From Chlamydiales bacterium (lineage in GTDB: Bacteria; Chlamydiota; Chlamydiia; Chlamydiales; SM23-39): DNA of 32,000 nucleotides. The notes beneath the pieces are model-generated. The model saw nothing but the letters and a program-made list of their open reading frames with translations. It was not told the origin of the DNA and did not search any database. Positions 8,613 through 15,801 of the stretch are shown one piece after another. Location of the stretch: positions 1,080,001-1,112,000 of the forward strand of contig OZ253438.1 of the NCBI GenBank assembly GCA_965261025.1, in the 5' to 3' direction. Within the stretch, counting starts at the first letter, position 1. Each line of letters opens with the position of its first letter. Made by a program: the position numbers and the translations under genes.

Positions 8613-8658
8613 AAAGAGGGGTTTTATCTATACTTCTTAAAATCCCTCTTTATTTTTT
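8613..8658. terminator. Bidirectional rho-independent-terminator-like hairpin in the thrS/OMP divergent intergenic region
   Basis: 13-14 bp stem: 8614-8626 AAGAGGGGTTTTA pairs with 8638-8650 TAAAATCCCTCTT (one G:U), with an 11-nt loop. T6 follows on the plus strand (8653-8658); an A7 tract (8609-8615; its last 2-3 nt form the base of the stem) supplies the trailing T-run on the minus strand. Confidence 0.5.
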
Positions 8659-8705
8659 ATAAAAATTCATGCAGCCTTCTCTCTTAAAATTTGGTTTGAT
8701 AGAAG

Positions 8706-9494
8706 ATGTTATCCCGGTTCTTTTTTTTTCTTTTTGTTCTGCCTACTCTATATGCTATTCCTGCGGGGAATCCCTCTTATCCAAAACTTTTGCAAAAGGG
8801 AATCTTTAGCGAGTGTTTCAACTCTTTTACCGTCTCAACGGGGGTACAAGGGGATTTTGTCACAGATAAGAGAATGAAACAATACAAAGAAGGCGCAGGA
8901 AGAGTGGATGACTTTGAAATTAATGCGGCTTTTTTCCCCTTAAGCTTCATTCTCTATGAGTTCTTCACTTTGCAGTTAAAATTGGGAACAGCGCAAATGA
9001 AAGCCAATTGGAGGGTCTCTTCTCCGAATCTTTTGAACTGGGTAAAGGCTAAATCTAACCACGGGTTTTTAATCACTCCAGGATTTTACCTGCTCCTTTA
9101 TGAGTGGAACAAAACAAGCCTAGGGATAGGCGGTAACTATGTAAAAGGAAACTTTCGGATAAACTCCTTGAGAATAGACGGCATTCAAGTCTTTCGCAAG
9201 GGAGGAGAATGGGATATCCGGTTTTGGCAGTTTCACTTGGGAATTTCTCATGGGATTGGTTTTTTTATCCCTTACCTTGGAATAAAATACAGCAAATCCA
9301 AATCTTTCATCAAAGCTCCTTCTGTAGCAGAAATTGCTCCAGGAGGTTCCGACAAAAACCACTTTAAAAACAGAGATCGTTTAGGCCTTTATTTGGGTAC
9401 TACCATCACAAAGCAAAAATACTTCTTCTTGCAAATAGAAGGCCGTCTATTCGACGAAGAAGCCGTTTCTCTAAGTGGAGAATTTCGGTTTTGA
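8706..9494 (+). CDS. Short MOMP/PorB-like outer-membrane beta-barrel protein (262 aa)
   Basis: Signal peptide MLSRFFFFLFVLPTLYA. The mature N-terminus IPAGNPSYPKLLQKGIF matches the (L/I)P(V/A)GNPxxPxLxxxGI motif of chlamydial MOMP/PorB. Alternating beta-strand pattern and a C-terminal ...GEFRF. Confidence 0.7.
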   Translation: MLSRFFFFLFVLPTLYAIPAGNPSYPKLLQKGIFSECFNSFTVSTGVQGDFVTDKRMKQYKEGAGRVDDFEINAAFFPLSFILYEFFTLQLKLGTAQMKANWRVSSPNLLNWVKAKSNHGFLITPGFYLLLYEWNKTSLGIGGNYVKGNFRINSLRIDGIQVFRKGGEWDIRFWQFHLGISHGIGFFIPYLGIKYSKSKSFIKAPSVAEIAPGGSDKNHFKNRDRLGLYLGTTITKQKYFFLQIEGRLFDEEAVSLSGEFRF

Positions 9495-9550
9495 ACTAGG
9501 TTACAAGGAAATCCCGTTGCTTTATCCGTAGATAAGTCTTAAAAATACAA

Positions 9551-9579
9551 TTGAACAAAAGGCTTTTTTCTTCTAGAAT
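9551..9579 (+). promoter_or_regulatory. Candidate sigma70-type promoter for the 412-aa OMP gene
   Basis: TTGAAC (9551-9556), 17-nt spacer, TAGAAT (9574-9579), 32 nt upstream of the ATG at 9612. Confidence 0.4.
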
Positions 9580-9611
9580 TTCCCTCTTTAACCTGGGGAT
9601 CATTCATAAAT

Positions 9612-10850
9612 ATGAAACGGCTACTCTCGCTTTTTTTCCTTCTTTTTTTCTTTCTGCCTTTTTCGGGATTTACCCAGGAAGAAGATGAGGCTACGAATAA
9701 AACAGAACAAGACGAAATGGACGCTCTCAGAAGATGGGTCCGGGATAAAAGGCTTATCACCTTGAAAGAATTAGGAGGATCTCTTTCTTTAAGCGGTGAG
9801 GTCCGTACCGAATTTCAAATGGCTGCCGAAAAAAAAGATGGGATTCGTCAAAGAGGCCACAATGCAGCAACTAATATTCCCTCCAGAGGGTTTGATTCAG
9901 AAGTAAACCTAATGCTTGACTACAGAACTGATAGGACTTGGGCTGCGATAAAGCTCGAGTTTGATAATAACATGGGAATAGATTCAGGTACTACAAACCG
10001 CATCTCTCTTGAAAAAGCCTATCTTGGAGGAAGAGCTATCTCCACAGACACCTTCACTTGGGATATAGAATTAGGGAGGAGATTTTTATTTAATGTGTTC
10101 GATTCCAAAATCGAGTTTGGCTCTTTATTTGATGGACTCTTATTCCGCTTTAGTAAAGCAGCAGAATCCCTGGGAGATTTTTATGCTAACTTAGCTACCC
10201 TAATCGTAGATGAAAGGAAAGATCATTTTGCCTATCTAACAGAGCTTGGTTTTTTACACATTTTGAATACGGGATTGCTCCTTAAGCTCTCTTACGTTAA
10301 CTGGGAAAAATCTTTCTCAAACAGCCTGCAAAACTTGCCGTTTCGCTTCCGGATTTCTCAAGTTCTACTCGGCTATCAGTTTCACTGCTCTTTTTTAGAG
10401 AAAAAACTGGTAAAGCTTTATGCAGCTGCTCTGTACAACGATGCTGCCAGAAAACTGGCTATTACTAACTTTCAAAGGCAAAACTGGGCCTGTTATGCAG
10501 GAGCTGCTGTGGGGCAAGTAAGAAAAAAGGGCGACTGGGCTGCTGAATTCAATTATCAGGTGGTTCAAGCACAATCGATTCCGACTTTCGATGTATCTGG
10601 AATTGGACGAGGAAATGCTGCGAAAGTGGGATTTTACACACAAAATCTAGATGGAACAGGAGCTGCTTCTAATAGACAAAATGCTGTGGGAAGAACAAAC
10701 TATCATGGGTGGTCTTTAGAGCTTCTATATGCCTTTACAAATAATCTCACTCTTCTAGAAAGCTTTGTAATGTCTTGGACTCTCGATAAGTCCATTGGAC
10801 CCAACCTAAAATACCGCCAATTTGAAACCGAAATTATTTATGCTTTTTAG
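9612..10850 (+). CDS. Putative outer-membrane beta-barrel porin (412 aa)
   Basis: Signal peptide MKRLLSLFFLLFFFLPFSGF. An acidic coiled segment is followed by amphipathic beta-strands (LSLSGEVRTEFQ, WAAIKLEFDN, WSLELLYAF). Aromatic C-terminus ...ETEIIYAF. Subfamily not recognised. Confidence 0.65.
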   Translation: MKRLLSLFFLLFFFLPFSGFTQEEDEATNKTEQDEMDALRRWVRDKRLITLKELGGSLSLSGEVRTEFQMAAEKKDGIRQRGHNAATNIPSRGFDSEVNLMLDYRTDRTWAAIKLEFDNNMGIDSGTTNRISLEKAYLGGRAISTDTFTWDIELGRRFLFNVFDSKIEFGSLFDGLLFRFSKAAESLGDFYANLATLIVDERKDHFAYLTELGFLHILNTGLLLKLSYVNWEKSFSNSLQNLPFRFRISQVLLGYQFHCSFLEKKLVKLYAAALYNDAARKLAITNFQRQNWACYAGAAVGQVRKKGDWAAEFNYQVVQAQSIPTFDVSGIGRGNAAKVGFYTQNLDGTGAASNRQNAVGRTNYHGWSLELLYAFTNNLTLLESFVMSWTLDKSIGPNLKYRQFETEIIYAF

Positions 10851-12556
10851 ATCTTGGTAAAAGAGATAAGAGCCTTCCTTCTTTTCAAAGGAGAAAAGAA
10901 GGTCTTTTTTTTCTTTTCTTTTTTTAAGTGAACGAAAAAAATTTCCCTCTTCTCTTGAGAAGAAAACATCTTATCATACAGAGTCCGAATCATTTCCTTA
11001 GAATAGTGGATAGGGAGGAAAAGCAGCACATACTCATCCCGCACATAGTTCTGTTTTAAAATAGGAAAAAGTTTTTCTAAACTTCTTTCAGGAGTCATGA
11101 AAGGGGAGACAATACGAATAGCACTAACTAATCCGTTTATCCAGGGGAATTTATGGAAAAATCGCATTAGATAAACAAGTTTAAGCTGTTTAAAAAGATA
11201 AAAAAGTAGGAGATGGTCTCGAAAGGAAGAAAAACGAACTATAAGAAAAGAAGGAGCTGAAGGCAGAGGAGAAAGGGTTTCTAGAGCGTATCTATGAATC
11301 CAAAAATTTTCTGCAATAAAGGGAAGAAAAAATTCAGAAGTCCTCCCCGAAACAATCAAGTTAAAAAGAAGCGTTAAAAATCCCACTATAGCAAAGCTTC
11401 CCGCAGGAGAGAACCCCCATTTTTCATTAAAAAGATAAAGACTCAAAGAAGCAAGAAGCACCCCAGTAAAGCTTAAAAAAGAAGAGGTGGCTATGAGCTG
11501 TCCTCTTCTTTTATCAGGGCTTGCCATCTGGATAAAGGTTTCAAAGGGAATTAAAAACATCCCTCCAAAAATCCCTAAGCTTACTAAACTAAAGATCACT
11601 ATGTAGAGATGAGAAGAAAAAAAACTGAGAAGAAAAAAAAGGAAAACGATAAAAAACCCGGAAAAGCAAGCAAGCCCTAAATGAATCCGATCTTTGGAAA
11701 GTCTTCCCGCTATTTTTGCACCTATAGCAATTCCTACTGCCGTTGCGAAGAATAAATACCCTCCTTGAATTTCCGAAAGATTTAAAGAATCCATGGCATA
11801 GGGAATGACATTGAGTTGAACATAGGCTCCTATAAAGAGAAAGAAAGAGCTTCCCAAAATAGCAGGGAAGAGATGAGCTCTTTTTAAGCTAAGCTGAATA
11901 GATTGATATACCTGATATAGAAAAAAAGGATGAATTTTTTTTGTAGATCCCTTTGCTTCAGTTTTTTCAATTCCCAAGCTTGCAATAAAACCTAAAACAG
12001 CGATAAAGACACAAATAAAAGAAACTAAGAGGTAGTTTCTAGAGCTAATTTCTGTTAGGAAAGAAGCCAAAACGGTCCCAAAAATGATTGCAAGATAGGT
12101 AAGTGAGGTAATCGTGGCATTTGCTTTGGAAAGTTTTTTGTTCTCTACAAGCTCTGGAATAATCCCATACTTGGAAGGACCAAATATAGCGCTTTGTGTG
12201 CCCATGAGAAATAAAAAGAAATACAGGCTTAACTCTGATCTATAAAAAATCCCCAAGGCCCCAAGCCCCATAACCACTACTTCTAAAGCTTTTGTGGAAA
12301 CAATGATTTTTCTTTTACTAATCCTATCCGCCAAAATGCCTGATGCAGAAGAAAATAAAAGAAAAGGAATAACAAAAACTCCCCCTGCTATAGCCACAAT
12401 AGTATTTGCAGATAAAGCCCCCTTGAGATAGATCAAAAAATAAATAATTAAGAGCTTAAAAATATTATCATTCAAAGCCCCTAAAAACTGGGTAACGGTT
12501 AGAAGAGTAAAAGAAGAAAAACGGGAAAGGAAATGCTTCATTTTTTCCGCTTCCAT
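10847..12556 (-). CDS. LplT-like MFS transporter with a ~140-170 aa cytoplasmic C-terminal extension (possible degenerate acyltransferase domain)
   Basis: The N-terminal ~400 aa form 12 predicted TM segments with the LplT-like FLGALNDNIFKLL, ADRISKRK and GPSKYGIIPELV motifs. The start is uncertain: TTG 12562, ATG 12556 or ATG 12541. Confidence 0.75.
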   Translation of the reverse strand: MEAEKMKHFLSRFSSFTLLTVTQFLGALNDNIFKLLIIYFLIYLKGALSANTIVAIAGGVFVIPFLLFSSASGILADRISKRKIIVSTKALEVVVMGLGALGIFYRSELSLYFFLFLMGTQSAIFGPSKYGIIPELVENKKLSKANATITSLTYLAIIFGTVLASFLTEISSRNYLLVSFICVFIAVLGFIASLGIEKTEAKGSTKKIHPFFLYQVYQSIQLSLKRAHLFPAILGSSFFLFIGAYVQLNVIPYAMDSLNLSEIQGGYLFFATAVGIAIGAKIAGRLSKDRIHLGLACFSGFFIVFLFFLLSFFSSHLYIVIFSLVSLGIFGGMFLIPFETFIQMASPDKRRGQLIATSSFLSFTGVLLASLSLYLFNEKWGFSPAGSFAIVGFLTLLFNLIVSGRTSEFFLPFIAENFWIHRYALETLSPLPSAPSFLIVRFSSFRDHLLLFYLFKQLKLVYLMRFFHKFPWINGLVSAIRIVSPFMTPERSLEKLFPILKQNYVRDEYVLLFLPIHYSKEMIRTLYDKMFSSQEKREIFFVHLKKEKKKKTFFSPLKRRKALISFTKI

Positions 12557-12608
12557 TGACAATTATTCATAATCCCAAGAACATCCCTACTTTTACGCTT
12601 TCTTTTTT

Positions 12609-15548
12609 ATGGCGACTCTTTTTTTTAGTGATCGAATTGAGCTTTTGGTGGAAAAACTCTCTACCCATCTTTTTTCTTACAAAGAAAATGGGTTCTCTCC
12701 AAAATATGTGATTCTCCCTCATCCTGCTTTTAAAGATTGGCTTTATCACCGCTTCGCCTTGCAAAGAGCCTGCGTCGGCCTACATTTTTTCTCCTTACAA
12801 GAAGCTCTATTCCATTTTCAAAAGAGAAAACAAAATTTCCCTCCTCTTTCTTCCCAAGAGCTTTTCTGGAGGCTTCTTGCTGAATTAAAAAATCCCCTTT
12901 CTCAGGAACAAATTTTTGAATATCTCCAAGGTTCTCCCCCAATAGGGGATTGTTCAAAAGAGAAAAAAGTGGCAGATTTGGCCTACTACACTGCCCAGCT
13001 CTTTACATTATACGGAATCTATGGAAAACCGGAAAGAAAGGGTTCTTGGCAAGATTTTTTTTGGGATAAAATTTTTTCTAAATCTTACGCCACTTCCCCT
13101 TTTGAACTGGCCAAACAACCTATTTACGAAGTAGATAGGGAAATACACCTCTTCCACTTTTCAGAAATCCCTCCTGTATTTCTAGAGTATTTTTCCCGTT
13201 TTTCCGAGAAAAATACCGTTTTTTTCTACTTTTTTTCCCCTTGCAAAGACTTCTGGGAAGAAGAGCTTTCTGATTTTGAACTAAAAAAAATCCAAAAAAC
13301 CCTTTCTCCGGATCTTTTCAAACAATATTTCTCACAAAGGCATCCTCTTTTAGCCAACTGGGGAAAATTAGGAAGAAATCTTTTAAAACAACTAGACCGA
13401 TATGATTGGGAGATTCAAGAGCATTATTCTAATAATCTTTATCCAAAAACCCTTTTGGAACAAATTCGAGAAGACTTTTTGCAAGGATTTCCTTCTCAAA
13501 AAAAACAGAAAAAAGATGATTCTCTTCACATCTATGCAGCTGGATCTTGCTATTTGAAAGAAATACAAATACTTCACCATCTAATTTGTAAGAAAGTAGA
13601 AAAAGAGAAAACCGATCCCTCCTCTATTCTCATTTTAGCACCTGATATGGATAAGTACGTGCCCTTCATTCATTTTGTGTTTGCTGATTCCTTCTTCGAC
13701 TACAAAATATTCTCTACCTCTTTTTTCTTTGAAAGTCTTCTTCTACAAGGGTTTTTTCTTTTACTACAGTTTTTACAAAAAAAAGGAGATCCCAGTTTTT
13801 TCTTCTCTCTTTTAGAAAACCCTCTCTTTTCAAAGAAGCATAGTTTAGGAGAAAAGGAAGTTTTACAAATAAAAAAATGGATAGAAGAAGGAGAAATTCG
13901 GGAAGGTTTTCAAGAAGGGAAAATACATGGATGGAAAAACGGCTTAGAAAGACTCCTCAAAGGAGCTACTTTTTACCTAGAAGATCCCTTTTTTTCTTCC
14001 CTAGATTTTAGCCAAATCGATCTTGTTACAAAATGGCTTGCGCTTTTGCAAAAACTGGAAAAAGAGGCACTTTTTCTGGTAGATCCCGAAAGAGAAGAGT
14101 TTCCTGCAAAATGGGCTATTTTTTGTGAAACCCTTTTGCAAAATTTCTTTTGTATAAAAGAAGAGGAAGCTTCTTTTTCCCTTTTTCAAAAGCTTTTGCT
14201 TCCCTTAAAAAAAGAAGAAGAAAAAAAGATCTCCTTTTACTTTGTTTTTTATTATCTCAAAAAATATCTAGAGAAAAAACCAGGGAGATACCATTCCTCT
14301 TACCTAGAATCACTTACCTTTTCTTCTCTTATTCCTTCCTCTTCTCTTTGGGCAAAACATATTTTTGTTCTTGGAATGGAAGAAGATTCTTTTTTACAAA
14401 AAGAGCTCTTTTCTTCTTCTTATGAACCTAAAATGGGTCTTTTCCCCAAAGAAGAAAAGGAAAGATACGCCTTTTTACAGCTTTTTTTCCAAGCAGAAGA
14501 AAGCCTTTATTTTCTCTATAAAAATCGAGAAGAAGAGGAAGGAGAAACGCTTTTTCCTTCCCTTGTTTTAGAAGAGCTTCTCTGTTACCTAGAAGAATTT
14601 TATTCTTTAAAAAAAGAAGAAATGATCTCTTCTTTTTCTCCCCTCTTTGAAAACACTCCTTCTCCATTGCGAAAAATAGATCGTTCTTTGACTCCCCGAA
14701 AAATTGCTTTTCAACCTCCTGCAAAGCAACAAGAAGCTTTCCCTTTTTCTGTTTCATTAAAAGAATTTACCACTCTTAGTAAAAACCCTTTCCGCTTTTT
14801 CTTTCAAAAAAAGAACCTTTATTTACCTCCTGAAAAGCAAGAAAAAGAATTTTTCTTCCCTCCTTGGAAACGTTCTGTTTTTCGCTCTAGTTTTTTTCAT
14901 CAAGATTTTGAAGAAAATATCTCTTATCTACAAAGGCAAGGGAAATTCCCTTCTGGAATTTTTGAGGATCTAGAAATAGAAAAAGCAAAAGAGGAAGAAA
15001 AATGCTTGGAAAGCGCTCTAAACCACTTCTCTTTAAAAAAAGAATCTATTTTTTCTCTTCCCCTACAAGATTGTTTTTTGTGCTATGAAAACCAAAAAAT
15101 CTTGTTAGAAGGAACTATTCCTTTTATCTGCGAAGAAGGAATTCTTTGTTTTGCGAAAGAAACTAGAGAAAACCTCTTTGCTTTTTGGCCCTATGTACTT
15201 CTTCTTCACCACCCTTTTTTGAAAGAAAAAGGAATAAGAAAACAGCTTCTTTTTACAAAGAGTGAGAGCATAAAAAAAATCTCCTTGGAAAATATAGAGC
15301 AAAAGTGGGAAAAGTGGCTTGAGTACTATCTTTTCGCTAGGAAAAACCCCTCTATTTTTTTTCCTCCTCTGCTGAAAGGAATCGTTTCTACTAAAGAAGT
15401 CTTTCTCTCCTTAGTAGAAAAAGAAAAAAATAAAAAAGGCTTTGTAGACCCTTATTTTTCCTGGTTTTTTCAGCAAGAGTATGAGCTCTTTGAATGGGAA
15501 AAATGGTCTTCTTATTTAACGCAACTTACCTTTTCAGATAAGGAATAG
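12609..15548 (+). CDS. recC: Exodeoxyribonuclease V gamma subunit (RecC)-like protein
   Basis: 979 aa. The N-terminus MATLFFSDRIELLVEKL...KYVILPHPAFKDWL parallels E. coli RecC (YHSNRLDVL...ILVQSTGMAQWL), and ADLAYYTAQLFTLYGIYG parallels ADLFDQYLVYRP. Very F/K/E-rich and strongly diverged. Confidence 0.75.
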   Translation: MATLFFSDRIELLVEKLSTHLFSYKENGFSPKYVILPHPAFKDWLYHRFALQRACVGLHFFSLQEALFHFQKRKQNFPPLSSQELFWRLLAELKNPLSQEQIFEYLQGSPPIGDCSKEKKVADLAYYTAQLFTLYGIYGKPERKGSWQDFFWDKIFSKSYATSPFELAKQPIYEVDREIHLFHFSEIPPVFLEYFSRFSEKNTVFFYFFSPCKDFWEEELSDFELKKIQKTLSPDLFKQYFSQRHPLLANWGKLGRNLLKQLDRYDWEIQEHYSNNLYPKTLLEQIREDFLQGFPSQKKQKKDDSLHIYAAGSCYLKEIQILHHLICKKVEKEKTDPSSILILAPDMDKYVPFIHFVFADSFFDYKIFSTSFFFESLLLQGFFLLLQFLQKKGDPSFFFSLLENPLFSKKHSLGEKEVLQIKKWIEEGEIREGFQEGKIHGWKNGLERLLKGATFYLEDPFFSSLDFSQIDLVTKWLALLQKLEKEALFLVDPEREEFPAKWAIFCETLLQNFFCIKEEEASFSLFQKLLLPLKKEEEKKISFYFVFYYLKKYLEKKPGRYHSSYLESLTFSSLIPSSSLWAKHIFVLGMEEDSFLQKELFSSSYEPKMGLFPKEEKERYAFLQLFFQAEESLYFLYKNREEEEGETLFPSLVLEELLCYLEEFYSLKKEEMISSFSPLFENTPSPLRKIDRSLTPRKIAFQPPAKQQEAFPFSVSLKEFTTLSKNPFRFFFQKKNLYLPPEKQEKEFFFPPWKRSVFRSSFFHQDFEENISYLQRQGKFPSGIFEDLEIEKAKEEEKCLESALNHFSLKKESIFSLPLQDCFLCYENQKILLEGTIPFICEEGILCFAKETRENLFAFWPYVLLLHHPFLKEKGIRKQLLFTKSESIKKISLENIEQKWEKWLEYYLFARKNPSIFFPPLLKGIVSTKEVFLSLVEKEKNKKGFVDPYFSWFFQQEYELFEWEKWSSYLTQLTFSDKE

Positions 15549-15801
15549 GGTATTTACAAAAAGGGAGTTGCTGCATGTTAAAGAAGGCCTTTAGCGCAAA
15601 ATCAATCGGCTTTATAGCTTAACCATCTCTTGCATGACTTAAAGGAAGCTTTTTCCTTAACTCTTTGCAAAAGAGCTTCAATCTTAACAAAAAGCAACCC
15701 TGTACGGATAATAGTAAAATTTTTGCTTTGCTTAATTCTTGATTATAAAATTTTAAATATAGTACGATCTCCGAAAATTTTGCTTCCCTGTGAGAGAGCG
15801 T

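Noticed and set aside
8487-8705. T-box or other attenuator leader for thrS, suggested by the terminator-like hairpin upstream of the gene.
   Set aside because: Only ~50 nt lie upstream of the hairpin before the divergent OMP gene begins, far short of a T-box leader. I could not find the conserved T-box sequence or a specifier-loop arrangement. The hairpin is kept as a separate finding with other explanations.
13392-15302. Several 60-110 aa ORFs in other frames or on the opposite strand within recC (13392-13580, 14001-14189, 14150-14425, 14365-14571, 14428-14757, 15105-15302).
   Set aside because: They are nested in a long ORF with RecC-like ends and consist of K/F/L/R low-complexity sequence. 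That composition is expected when a T/A- and purine-run-rich region is read off-frame. None has an RBS or a recognisable motif.
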